This document shows positions 1 through 13,800 of a stretch of DNA of 64,000 nt, piece after piece. The stretch lies in the NCBI GenBank assembly GCA_964270895.1, contig OZ185452.1; one strand, given 5' to 3'. Below the pieces are notes generated by a model. That model ran no database searches, was not told where the DNA came from, and worked only from the letters and a program-made list of their open reading frames with translations. The number at the start of each line of letters is the position of its first letter. Within the stretch, counting starts at the first letter, position 1. A program made the translations under genes and the position numbers. The DNA comes from Podarcis filfolensis (taxonomy: Eukaryota).

Positions 1-258
1 AAAAGAAAAATGTTCCCTGTAGATCAAGGGCAGGGAAGCTGTGGCCCTGAATGAATAGTTGGACTACAGCTTCTGTCAGCCCATTTCATTGACCATGCTG
101 GCTCAAGGTGATGGGAGCTGATCTGGAGAACATCTGTTTCAGGAAGGATAAGCCATGTTGCAAAAAAAAAAAGTTTTACAGCAGCTTAAGGTTCCATTCC
201 TCTGCCATTAGAAAGTTAGCAAGGCCCTTTCCTCCACTGTGCTGGTTCCCTTAATGTA

Positions 259-610
259 AAAAGGTAAAGAGACCCCTGACCATTAGGTCCAGTCGTGGCC
301 GACTCCGGGGTTGCGGCGCTCATCTTGCTTCATTGGCCGAGGGAGCCAGCGTACAGCTTCCAGGTCATGTGGCTAGCATGACTAAGCCACTTCTGGCGAA
401 CCAGAGCAGTGCACGGAAACACCGTTTACCTTCCCGCCGGAGAGGTACCTATTTATCTACTTGCACTTTGATGTGCTTTCGAACTGCTAGGTTGGCAGGA
501 GCAGGGACCGAGCAACGGGAGCTCACCCCATCGTGAGGATTTGAACCGCCAGCCTTCTGATCAGCAAGTCCTAGGCTCTGTGGTTTAACCCACAGCACCA
601 CCCACGTCCC
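259..610 (-). mobile_element. Sauria SINE, full length
   Basis: Reverse complement of the 32150 copy. TSD cttaatgta (250-258) / ctcaatgta (611-619). Confidence 0.9.
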
Positions 611-2149
611 CTCAATGTACGAGAGCATTAAAAATTTAATTATCACTCCTACCCCTAGTGGCCTTGATGTCGTAGAGTCCATTCTACCACCACATTTTGC
701 TGCTTGCACAAGTCCACATATTGTCATGCGCTGCCCCCTGCAGGTTTGGAGGACTTTATGCAAGGCTAGAAGGAAGTTTTTACTCCCTCCCTGAATTAAG
801 AATGCAAGAGCCCTGCTGGATCAAACCAGTCCTTTCCACCATCCCGTTCCCCCCAGTTCTCTGGACACCCCCGTGAATGCTAGTCTCATCTGTGGAGCAT
901 TTAGTTTGGAAAACTGAATTGAATGTTACTGGAATGTTACTACAATAATGTCTGCTGTCAGAAGAGACTGCGGTGATGGTAGTTGTTTTGTATACAGCTT
1001 ACATGCTGAAGTGATGCTGCATCTGAGAAGCTGTGAGTGAACAGTTTGAAAGTGTTTCCTAAAAAACCCCAGGTCTGCAAATATTAAATGCTTGGACAAC
1101 TTTAAAGTGTAGCCCCACCTGCCAACGCTGGGGAATGGATGACAAGAAACTGCTTTTCGTCACAGAGAACCACTGTAAAAAGTCTGGGCCAAAAATGCCT
1201 TCTCCTGGGAAGGTACTGATAAATATATGAACCTGAGGGGTCAGAACTTGGGGGGGGGGCCTTGCTGCACTTGAGAAGCTCCTCTAAGAGAATTGTGCAC
1301 AATTGAAGCAAGAAACCCAGAAGTCTGTAGAAGGAGCTTTGATTTTCTTTATGGTATTAAAATGTTTCATCCCCCCCCCAAAACAGTCAGCATTTGAGAA
1401 ATGGCATTCCCCCCCCCCCACTTTCACTCTAGAGTGCCACTCGTCTTGAACTCACATTGCCTTAAGTGAGGGAGATCCCCTAAAAATTAAATCCTTACAC
1501 CCCACCCCCACCCCAGACTTCCTAGGGAAAACGTGGGTGCCTGTGGAAGTAATGCAGAACCTATTCTCACATCATATGTGCTTTCAGAACAGCTCACTTG
1601 TATGTGTGAATGATGCACCCCTCTTATGCAGGCCCTTCTCCTCTTGGGCATGCAACACCTTGCACTCTCACACACAAACATGCGGCCCCTTTAGATGCTG
1701 TCGGTTTATAAAGAGAATCTTGTTGATCCAGGCATTCATCAGAAAAGACTTTGTAGGCCCCATGTATAGCACCGGATTGTAGACCTGAAGAATGCTCAGT
1801 AGATCACCGATTCCTGCCCAAGCAAATGCAGGAAAACCTGACAATTATGTCTGTCCTAAGTCTGTGGTTGGTTTTCCTAATGTTTATGTAGTGTGTGAGA
1901 TGTTTGCTCTTTTAGGAGGCTCCTGTATGAAAAAGTTTATCTGGAGATGTTAAGTGGGAGAGATATTGCTTTCCCTTACTTGTGTCTGCCTTAACCCCTC
2001 AGACCACCCTTTTACATTATGCGTTAACTGACTTGAGTGTAAGAGAAGCCCTGGTGAGATTGGCTCAGGAAATTGTGGCTGCAGTGCAGTATTTAAGTCT
2101 GCTGCAGTTCTATGCATGCCTACCTGGGAGCAAGCCCTACTGAGACATA

Positions 2150-2375
2150 CAGTGGTACCCCGGGTTAATTACTTAATTCGTTCCGGAGGTCTGTTCTTAA
2201 CCTGAAACTGTTCTTAACCTGAAGCACCACTTTAACTAATGGGGCTTCCCGCTGCTGCCACACCGCCGGAGCACGATTTCTGTTCTTATCCTGAAGCAAA
2301 GTTCTTAACCTGAAGCACTATTTCTGGGTTAGCGGAGTGTGTAACCTGAAGCGTATGTAACCCGAGGTACCACTG
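2150..2375. mobile_element. Tc1/mariner (Tigger/pogo-like) MITE, copy 1
   Basis: TIRs CAGTGGTACC(C/T)CGGGTTA, flanked by TA on both sides. Four copies in the window. Confidence 0.88.
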
Positions 2376-3529
2376 TACATCTGAATAAACATGCACAGGA
2401 TTGCAGTGCATGGTAGAAAGAGACCAGGGTCAGTTTTGGAAGGAGCCATAACTTGGCAGTAGGTCATCTGCATGGCATGTTCAATCTCCTCTTTGCCTGA
2501 GACCCTGAAGTACCACTGCTGGTCAGTCAGTAGACTACTGGGCAAAGGGGACAAGGCAGCTTTATATACTCGAAGGTATATAATGTGCATGAGTTTCTTT
2601 TATACTATGAGCATGGAGTGTTCCAATTTTGCTCCTCTCCTAAATCAACACACACTTCTCTCTGGTAATTTTCACTTTGCTGAGTTTTGGCTCTTCCTCC
2701 AGATTCACCTGTTCCAGGTGTTCAGCCTCAAATTGTGAAGGCACAAGCTGCTGCACGTCCGACTTCTCCTGCTCAGAGTAGGAAGATCCTAAGGGGGCTT
2801 CTCACTGCATTAGGCTGAATGCTTTTCCAAGTCCCCTCACAATCAGCTATGGCAAGTCTATTGAGGCCCAACTCTGGTTGCTGTAGATCAGACTGCATTG
2901 AAATCAGTGAATGCATAATATAAGGACATTCCATCTATCAGTGGTGGTATTGCAAAACATAAGATTCAAAGACATAATAATAGGCCATGACATAGCATGG
3001 ATTATGGGATGGCCTACATTGTGAGGCAGGTATATGGCATTCTTTAATCACTGTGACCCATTCTGCATAATTATTTAATCCCCAGCCTTAAAAATATAAA
3101 ACTCTATAAAGGTTTGCTAGGGCTCAGTTGTACCCAAAATGTATAGTCTGCCTCCCGCTGCCTCTTGCTGAGAATTATGACTCCTGGTATGGAGCGGACT
3201 TTACCCCTGGACTTTGACAGCTTTGATAAATATATTTAAGGATCTACCCTGTTCTCTTGATCGAGGTTTCTTTTCACTGGTTTTAATATAGTATTTTTTA
3301 ATTGTTGCAACCCGCCCTGGCGCCTTAGGATGAAAGTCGGGCAAGTAATCTTAAAAGCCCCCTTCAGACCTCCCCACACAATGATGGAAGGTTGGGGTGG
3401 CTTTTAGTCTGGGTTCACACCTATGTGTTGCTTGGAAATGTGGTGAGGTGAAAGGGGTTATTAGCTTCTCCTGAAAAAGAAGAGTGCAGCAGCTGGGATA
3501 CTGGGGAATAAAAGGTTCAGGAGGTCAAA

Positions 3530-4850
3530 AGGTTAATAAACACTTTATTTCCATTTTACAATATCAGTTATTCTCAATTAATTTGCTTTTAAAGTGCTTA
3601 AAAGATTTTCCTTTTACTGTTTTGTTTTAAAATCGAGATACATTTGTTAAACAAAAAGATGAAGTAGATAACAAATAGCATCTGTAAGGTTGGGAGGGAA
3701 TATAGAAGGCCTTGAAGAATTTTGCTCCACATCTCATAAAACTTTCATTTCATTATACAAAAATAACAAATATATAGAGATGACTAAGATGGTGTCAGAA
3801 TGTACACAAAATCTTTGGTTAATTTATTTTATCGTGACTATTTTAACCAAACAAAAATGGAAAATTATACCATGGGTGTTTTATTACATCTGTCCTGTAT
3901 CAAATGAATACAAAAAACCTGACCTTTCTGCAGCAATGTAAGACTGTTTGTGAGGCTCCAAATTTGACACATCTCAGTTGCATCTATATATTTTTACAGA
4001 GTTTTTTTTTCTTTTTCTTTTAACACATCCAATTTTTAAACAATAGAAAATTTTTAGCTGCCCCCTTCCACAGATAAAAGCAGGAGGGGGAGGGGAGTCA
4101 TTGAAATGGAAAACTATTGCCATAGATCAACACTGAAGATATTTAGCAAGTCGAAAAGTATATATATTTATATGTTTTTAAAAGCTTGCTTAAGTAAACG
4201 TAAAGCTCTCAGCGTACGAAGCGCAAACCCCCAACCCTAAAACACAAGAGAGAACTTCCAAAATACATCTGAGGAACTGTACACCCCACCTTCCTAATGG
4301 CACAGCTTTAAATATCACATAAATCCAGGTTCTACCTCTTTTCAAATTGGTAGCTGGAAGAAGTGCCCATCACACAATCGGCATTATTACCCATGGCACA
4401 AATGATACTGTTTAATTCAAACTGATACAGCTGATTTACGAAGCAGCATTCTGTGTTATGTGTGTGTTGCCGCTTTTTTAAAAAAATTGGCACTACTTAA
4501 CTGTTATTACAGCCACAGTGCATTGTGGGAAGTACGGCAATGCATTCTGGGATGCAAGTTTACCTGCCATATCACTGCTTTAAGAACTTTGCCAAAGAAA
4601 AGCCGCTGTATCAGTTTCTGTGAGATATTTATACATATAATCTATGGAAGAGATAATCATGTTGCGACGACTCCCTGACCACAGTAAAAACATGGTTATT
4701 TCTCAGTTAAGGCCTACCATTTCACTGGGCACCCTGTTTTTATTGCTGAGCATTTCAAGCTAGGAAATTTGTATATACACACATATAAGGGAGATAGATA
4801 AGATATATACACACAGAGACAATATGTACACGAGAACCCCCCCACTTCAC
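3530..4850 (-). other. AHNAK: AHNAK 3' UTR (~1.3 kb; end approximate)
   Basis: AT-rich, transposon-free stretch after the stop codon. It ends near an AATAAA with U-rich downstream sequence. Confidence 0.7.
3544..3549 (-). terminator. Likely distal polyadenylation signal AATAAA
   Basis: tttatt on the plus strand, at the boundary of the AT-rich UTR-like block. Confidence 0.6.
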
Positions 4851-7800
4851 TCATTTCATTTCGTCATCACTTCCCGATACCTCATAAGAACCTTTAGTTT
4901 TTGCCCCTATCCCCCCAAACGTACCAAATTTCAGCTTGGCCTGTTTGCCTTTGTCATGCTCCAGTGTGCCTGTTGGCGTCGAATGCGAGGAATGCTCGTC
5001 GCTGAAAGACGACGACCGGTGCCGGGACTTTTTGCCCTTAAAGAAGGAGAACTTCCCTTTCGGAGAAGCAGACCCTTCCACTTCCACATCGCCCTCCAAG
5101 GAACCCAGGCTGGCCTGTAACTCCCCTTCGCACCCTGAGGCAGACACCGAGATCTCTGGGGAGCCAACACTGCCTTTGACCTTAGATTTTGAGAAAGGGA
5201 ATTTTGGCATTTTGATTTTAGATTTCTTAAGCTTAATGTCAGGCTCTTCCAGTTCAACATTCACCGCCCCGGCATGGAAACTTGCCTCTGGCGCCTGAGG
5301 GAACTCAACATCAACTCCAACCTCCCTTCCTGTTAGCTCTTGCCCCGCAACCACAAATTTTGGCATTTTCATTTTTGGGAACGACACTTGTCCAGATGGG
5401 CTTTCTAAATGGCCGTGTGGAACATTCACCCCAACAGAAGGACCTTTGACCTCTAATTTGGGACCTTTGAGATCAACCCCTGCCTTTGGTCCAGAAAACT
5501 GAAGGCCTCCAGACCCCTGCATGCCCATGTTTAGCTCTGGCCCAGAAACTTTGGGAGCTGACACATTGAGCGAAGGTCCTCTCAAGCTGACATCAGGAGC
5601 GCCAGCGTCCAAGCCCATGCCAGAAATCTTCACACCTGGTGCCCCCACGCCGATCTGTTGACCTTTCATGCCACCAGATATGTTAACGTCACCTTTCAAA
5701 CTTGGTCCTTTCACATTCAAGTCAAAGCCTGGGGCAGTAATGTCATGTCCTTTGAGATCTACTTCAGGCCCTTTGATCTGTGGTCCTGAAATACTTCCTC
5801 CTTCACTGGCGATGCCAAACTGGGGCAGCTTCATGCAGGGAATCTTAATTCCAACTCCAGAGCCTTCCACGTTAACACCAGGTGCCTCAACAGCCACCTT
5901 GGGAGATGTAATGCCGCCAGAAATGCCGAAGTCTCCTTTGATCTTTGGTCCTTTCAGATTCACATCAAAGTCAGGCGCTGAAATGCCTCCTCCAGAGGCC
6001 ATTTTTACTGTTGGCGCTTTCACGTCCAGGTCTGGAGCACTCACATTGACATCTAGGCCTGGGGCCTTTGGCATTTTAAGCTTTCCTTCAAAACCACTGA
6101 CGTCAACATCTGGTGTGCCAAATCCGATCTTTGGACCTTTAATGTCACCAGAAAGGCCCACGTCTCCTCCAAATTTTGGTCCTTTCAAGCTTACATCCAC
6201 TGCAGGAGCGCTCATACTTCCTCCGATGCTTGGGGCCGAAACATCAACACTTGCTGAGGGCAGTTTTCCTTGAAGGTCCACCTCGGGCCCCTCCACTTTC
6301 ACACCTGGCTTCCCGATCTTTGGCAAGCCAAATTTTGGCATTTTCAATTTCCCTTCTAGGCCTTGTCCTTCCATCTGGGGAAGGTCAATATCACCTTTCA
6401 GCTTTGGTCCTTTCAAGTTAATGTCAGGGGCTGACATGGAAGGAGCAGAAACACCCATGGATGGCAGGTTCACTGATGGACCTTTCAGGCTGATGTCAGG
6501 CGCGCTGAGGTTGGCATCAACACTAGGGCCTCGAAGGTCTCCTTCCAGTTTCGGACCAGCCAGATCGACATTTCCACCTGAGAATTTGAACTTTGGTTTC
6601 TTGAGATGGATGTCAGGACCTCCAATATTGACATCGGGGAGGCTGGCACTTCCGCTAGGAACTGTGATGTCAAGATCTGGAGATTTCAGAGATGGTGATG
6701 AGACATCTATTCCTGGTGACTTGATTTCCCCTTCCACCTTTGGCAAAGAAGCATCAGCCTTGAACATAGGTGATTTGATATCAAACTCGACGTCAGGAAA
6801 AGAGAGTTTCCCAAACATAGACTTCTTTCCTTTGGGCGACTTGATGTTCATGTCTCCTTTCAGGGATGCTTCAGGGACAGAAATGCTTCCTTCCAAATCT
6901 GGCGATTTCATACTTGCATCCATATCTCCACTCACGGCAAAGCCAGCCTTCTTGCCTTTGACTTTAGGCCCGCTCATGTGGATTTTAGGCATTTTGAATT
7001 TGCTTTTCTTCCCTTTTCCAGAAATGGAGATGTCAGGCGATTCAACATTCAGCTCACCTTCTGGGAGGGAGACGTCTGCCTTGGGGCTTTTTGCTCCAAA
7101 TCCAAACTTTGGCATTTTAAATTTAGGGAGTTTAACGTTTCCCTCTGGCCCTTCAAGGTTTACATCTGGACACTCCAAGTCAATCTCAGGGCCCTTGGCT
7201 TCAATTCCTGGCCCTTGAATATCAATTCCTGGACCTTTTAAGCTGCCTTCAACCTTGGGAAGAGCGACATCAACATCACCCTTCACTTTAGGTCCCTTCA
7301 GATTTAAGTCAATCTCTGGCATGGATATTTGAGGTGTCTTGATTTTGGGACCCTTCAGTTTTCCTTCTGGTCCTTCTATGTTCAAGCTGGGGCCTGATAA
7401 TTCCAATTCACCCTTGGGTACATTTACATCGATATGAGGTCCTTCCCCTTTGAACTCAGGCATGCCAAATTTGGGCAGCTTCATCTTGGGGAATTTCACC
7501 TTTCCGTCTGGACCATGAATATCAACATTGGGAGCATCAATGTCCAATTGAGGGCCTTTGATGTCTATTTCTGGACCCTTGAAGTCACCTTCAACCTTTG
7601 GTAGGGAAACGTCCACATCTCCTTTCAGTTTGGGCCCTTTGAGGTTGAAATCCACGTCAGGCATGGAGATTTTAGGTCCTTTGATGTTCATTTCAGGCAT
7701 CTTGAATTTAGGGCTTTTCCATTTTCCTTCTGGGCCTTCAAGTTCAACATCAGGAACATCTACGTCAAGTTTGGGTCCTTTGATATCAATTTCGGGGCCC

Positions 7801-10800
7801 TTCAGGTCACCTTCTAACTTTGGCACTGAAACATCCACATCCCCCTTCACTTTCGGACCTTTCAAGTTCAAGTCAAAATCTGGCATGGAGATTTTGGGGG
7901 TCTTAAAATGCATATCAGGCATCTTAAACTTGGGACCTTTAAGTTTTCCTTCAGGGCATTCAAGCTCAACATCAGGAACAGAAACATCCAGTTTAGGGCC
8001 ATGTATATCCATATCTGGTGCTTTCAAATCACCTCCAATCTTGGGAAGAGATACATCCACATCTCCCTTCAGTTTTGGGCCCTTCAAGTTGAGGTCAACA
8101 TCTGGCATGGATAATTTTGGTGCTTTGATGTTCATTTCAGGCATCTTAAATTTAGGTCCTTTCAGTTTTCCATCAGGTCCCTCAATGTCAATGTCAGGAG
8201 CATCTATCTTAGGACCTTTGATATCTATTTCAGGCCCTCTTAGATCCCCTTCAAATTCTGGGACGGAAACATCCACATCACCTTTAAGTTTAGGCCCTTT
8301 CAAGTTTAGATTCATGTCTGGCATGGAGATTTTAGGTGCCTTGAAATGCATGTCCGGCATCTTGAATTTAGGGCTTTTCCATTTTCCTTCTGGGCCTTCG
8401 AGTTCAACATCAGGAAGGTCAACATCTAGTTTGGGACCTTGGATATCCACATCTGGGCCTTTCAGGTCACCTTCCAGCTTTGGAACTGAAACGTCCACAT
8501 CTCCCTTCAGTTTAGGGCCTTTCAAATTGAAATCAACATCTGGCATGGAAATTTTGGGTGCTTTGAAGTGCATGTCAGGCATTTTAAACTTGGGACCTTT
8601 CACTTTTCCTTCTGGGCCTTCGATGTCCAGGCCTGGTGCATCAATGTCCACCTTCGGAAGAGAAACATCAAGGTCTGCTTTTGGGAGGCTCACGTCCACA
8701 TCTGGGCCCTCAGCCTTGAAGCTAGGCATTCCAAATTTGGGCATTTTAAATTTGGGCATTTTCAGTTTTCCTTCTGGGCCATGGAGGTCAACATCTGGAG
8801 CATCAATATCCAGCTTGGGACCTTTGATGTCAATTTCTGGACCTTTGAAATCACCTTCAACCTTTGGTAGGGAAACGTCCACATCTCCTTTCAGTTTGGG
8901 CCCTTTGAGGTTGAAATCCACATCAGGCATGGAGATTTTGGGTGCTTTGATGTTCATTTCAGGCATCTTGAATTTAGGGCCTTTCCACTTTCCATCTGGG
9001 CCTTCGAGTTCAACATCAGGAACATCTACGTCAAGTTTGGGTCCTTTGATATCAATTTCAGGGCCCTTCAGATCACCTTCCAACTTTGGCACTGAAACAT
9101 CCACATCCCCCTTCACTTTCGGACCTTTCAAGTTCAAGTCAAAATCTGGCATGGAGATTTTGGGTGCCTTAAAGTGCATGTCAGGCATCTTAAACTTGGG
9201 ACCTCTGAGTTTTCCTTCAGGACCTTCAAGCTCAACATCAGGAAGGTCAACATCTAGTTTGGGACCCTGGATATCCACATCTGGGCCTTTCAGGTCACCT
9301 TCCAGCTTTGGAACCGAAAGGTCAACATCTCCCTTCAGTTTAGGGCCTTTCAAATTGAAATCAACATCTGGCATGGATATCTTGGGTGCTTTGAAGTGCA
9401 TGTCAGGCATCTTAAACTTGGGACCTTTCACTTTTCCTTCTGGGCCTTCGATGTCCAGGCCTGGTGCGTCAATGTCCACTTTTGGAAGAGAAACATCAAG
9501 GTCTGCTTTTGGGAGGCTCACGTCCACATCTGGGCCCTCTGCCTTGAAGCCAGGCATTCCAAATTTTGGCATTTTGAATTTGGGCATTTTCAGTTTTCCT
9601 TCTGGGCCATGGAGGTCAACATCTGGAGCATCAATATCCAGCTTGGGACCTTTGATGTCAATTTCTGGACCTTTGAAATCACCTTCAACCTTTGGTAGGG
9701 AAACGTCCACATCTCCTTTCAGTTTGGGGCCTTTGAGGTTGAAATCCACATCAGGCATGGAGATTTTGGGTGCTTTGATGTTCATTTCAGGCATCTTGAA
9801 TTTAGGGCTTTTCCATTTTCCATCTGGGCCTTCAAGTTCAACATCAGGAATATCTACGTCTAATTTCGGCCCTTTTATATCAATGTCGGGCCCCTTCAGA
9901 TCACCTTCCAACTTCGGTACAGACACATCCACGTCACCCTTCACTTTCGGCCCTTTGAGATTTAGATCGAAATCTGGCATGGAGATTTTGGGTGCCTTAA
10001 AGTGCATGTCAGGCATCTTAAACTTGGGACCTCTGAGTTTTCCTTCAGGACCTTCAAGCTCAACATCAGGAAGGTCAACATCTAGTTTGGGACCCTGGAT
10101 ATCCACATCTGGGCCTTTCAGGTCACCTTCCAGCTTTGGAACTGAAACGTCAACATCTCCTTTCAGTTTAGGGCCTTTCAAATTGAAATCAACATCTGGC
10201 ATGGAAATTTTGGGTGCTTTGAAGTGCATGTCAGGCATCTTAAACTTGGGACCTTTCACTTTTCCTTCTGGGCCTTCGATGTCCAGGCCTGGTGCGTCAA
10301 TGTCCACTTTTGGAAGAGAAACATCAAGGTCTGCTTTTGGGAGGCTCACGTCCACATCTGGGCCCTCTGCCTTGAAGCCAGGCATTCCAAATTTGGGCAT
10401 TTTGAATTTTGGCATTTTCAGTTTTCCTTCTGGGCCATGGAGGTCAACATCTGGAGCATCAGTATCCAGCTTGGGACCTTTGATGTCAATTTCTGGACCT
10501 TTGAAATCACCTTCAACCTTTGGTAGGGAAACGTCCACATCTCCTTTCAGTTTGGGGCCTTTGAGGTTGAAATCCACATCAGGCATGGAGATTTTGGGTG
10601 CTTTGATGTTCATTTCAGGCATCTTGAATTTAGGGCTTTTCCATTTTCCTTCTGGGCCTTCAAGTTCAACATCAGGAACATCTACGTCAAGTTTGGGTCC
10701 TTTGATATCAATTTCAGGGCCCTTCAGATCACCTTCCAACTTTGGCACTGATACATCCACATCCCCCTTCACTTTGGGACCTTTCAAGTTCAAGTCAAAA

Positions 10801-13800
10801 TCTGGCATGGAGATTTTGGGGGTCTTAAAATGCATATCAGGCATCTTAAACTTGGGACCTCTGAGTTTTCCTTCAGGACCTTCAAGCTCAACATCAGGAA
10901 GGTCAACATCTAGTTTGGGACCCTTGATATCCACATCTGGGCCTTTCAGGTCACCTTCCAGCTTTGGAACCGAAACGTCAACATCTCCCTTCAGTTTAGG
11001 GCCTTTCAGATTTATGTCCGGCACTGAAATCTTGGGCACATTAAAATGCATTTCAGGCATCTTTAATTTGGGACCTTTGATCTTGCCCTCTGGGCCCTCT
11101 ATATCCAAGTCGGGAGTTTCAATGTCCACTTTGGGTCCTGATACATCAATGTCTGCTTTGGGGAGGTTTATATCCACCTCAGGACCCTCCCCTTTGAAGC
11201 CTGGCATTCCAAATTTTGGCATTTTGAATTTGGGCATTTTGAGTTTGCCTTCTGGTCCATGGAGATCAACATCTGGAACATCAATGTCCAACTTGGGGCC
11301 TTTGATATCTATGTCAGGACCTTTCAAATCCCCTTCCAGGCTTGGTGCAGAAACATCAAGGTCACCTTTTAATTTCGGACCTTTCAAATTCAATTCCACA
11401 TCAGGCTTTGAAACTTTAGGTGATGAAATATTCAGGGAAGGCATTTTAAATTTAGGGCCTTTCACTTTTCCATGAACATCAACATCTGGGCCTTGGACAT
11501 CAACTTTGGGCCCTGAGATATTAACATCTGGTTTCTTAAGCTTCACGTCAACCTCTGGAGTGTGAACCTTTGGACCAGAAAAACTGAACTTTGGAAGCTT
11601 AAATCTTGATTTCTTTGTTTTCGCTTCAATATCTATTTTTGGTGCTTCTAAGTCAACTTCAGGTCCTTTTAATTCAACATTAGGACCTTTGATGTCGCCT
11701 TCCAAGTCTCCCTTTAATTTAGGACCTTTCAAATTCAAGTCAATGTCTGGCATTGAGATCTTTGGAACATTAAAATTAATTTCAGGCTTCTTAAACTTGG
11801 GACCCCTTAATTTTCCTTCAGGGCCTTCGATTTCCAAATCAGGTGCTTCAATGTCTAGGCTGGGGCCAGATATATCCACTTCTCCCTTAGGTAAGCTCAC
11901 ATCCACGGAAGGGCCTTCTCCCTTGAAACCAGGCATTCCAAATTTGGGCATTTTAAACTTAGGCATTTTGAGTTTGCCCTCTGGACCGTGCAAGTCAACA
12001 TCTGGTGCGTCAATGTCCAATTTGGGGCCCTTTATGTCAATGTCAGGCCCTTTCAATCCACCTTCGACCTTTGGCAGAGAAACATCCACATCTCCTTTCA
12101 GTTTTGGAGCCTTCAAATTAAGATCCACATCTGGCATGGAAAGCTTTGGCGCTTTGATGTGCATTTCTGGCATCTTAAATTTGGGGCCTTTAATTTTACC
12201 ATCTGGACCTTCAATGTCTAACTCAGGGCCTTCAATGTCCACCTTGGGAGCAGATATATCAATGTCTCCCTTTGGGAGATTTACATCCAGTTCAGGGCCT
12301 TCTCCTTTGAAGCCAGGCATTCCAAATTTGGGCATTTTGAATTTTGGCATTTTAAGTTTTCCTTCTGGGCCATGGAGGTCAACATCTGGAGCATCAATAT
12401 CCAGCTTGGGACCTTTAATGTCAATTTCTGGACCTTTGAAATCACCTTCAACCTTTGGTAGGGAAACGTCCACATCTCCTTTCAGTTTGGGCCCTTTGAG
12501 GTTGAAATCCACATCAGGCATGGAGATTTTGGGTGCTTTGATGTTCATTTCAGGCATCTTGAATTTAGGGCCTTTCCACTTTCCATCTGGGCCTTCGAGT
12601 TCAACATCAGGAACATCTACGTCAAGTTTGGGTCCTTTGATATCAATTTCAGGGCCCTTCAGATCACCTTCCAACTTTGGCACCGAAACATCCACATCCC
12701 CCTTCACTTTGGGACCTTTCAAGTTCAAGTCAAAATCTGGCATGGAGATTTTGGGGGTCTTAAAATGCATATCAGGCATCTTAAACTTGGGACCTCTGAG
12801 TTTTCCTTCAGGACCTTCAAGCTCAACATCAGGAAGGTCAACATCTAGTTTGGGACCCTTGATATCCACATCTGGGCCTTTCAGGTCACCTTCCAGCTTT
12901 GGAACCGAAAGGTCAACATCTCCCTTCAGTTTAGGGCCTTTCAAATTGAAATCAACATCTGGCATGGATATCTTGGGTGCTTTGAAGTGCATGTCAGGCA
13001 TCTTAAACTTGGGACCTTTGAGTTTTCCTTCAGGACCTTCAAGCTCAACATCAGGAAGGTCAACATCTAGTTTGGGACCCTTGATATCCACATCTGGGCC
13101 TTTCAGGTCACCTTCCAGCTTTGGAACCGAAAGGTCAACATCTCCCTTCAGTTTAGGGCCTTTCAAATTGAAATCAACATCTGGCATGGAGATTTTGGGT
13201 GCTTTGAAGTGCATGTCAGGCATCTTAAACTTGGGACCTTTCACTTTTCCCTCTGGACCATCTATACTGATGTCAGGGGCATCAATATCTAATTTGGGAC
13301 CTTTTATATCAACATCTGGTCCTTTCAGATCCCCCTCTACCTTTGGCAAAGAAACATCAATATCCCCCTTCAGTTTGGGACCCTTCAGGTTCAGGTCAAA
13401 ATCTGGCATGGAGATTTTGGGTGCTTTGATGTTCATTTCAGGCATCTTAAATTTGGGCCCTTTGAGTTTTCCTTCAGGGCCTTCAAGCTCAACATCAGGG
13501 ATGTCAACATCCAGTTTGGGACCCTTGATGTCAACATTTGGGCCCTTCAAGTCACCCTCCAATTTAGGAATAGAAACATCAGCATCTCCTTTTATTTTGG
13601 GACCCCTCCAGTTCAAATCAATGTCCGGCATGGAGATCTTAGGGACATTAAAATGCATTTCTGGCATCTTAAATTTGGGCCCTTTGAGTTTTCCTTCAGG
13701 TCCTTCAATCTCAACATCAGGAATATCTACGCCAACTTTAGGACCTTTGATGTTGACATCAGGGCCTTTCAGATCACCTTCCAACTTCGGCACTGAAACA

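Noticed and set aside
1-3500. Downstream exon for the short AHNAK isoform or a neighbouring gene
   Set aside because: No recognisable exon. In mammals the short-isoform exon lies far downstream, so it is probably outside this window.
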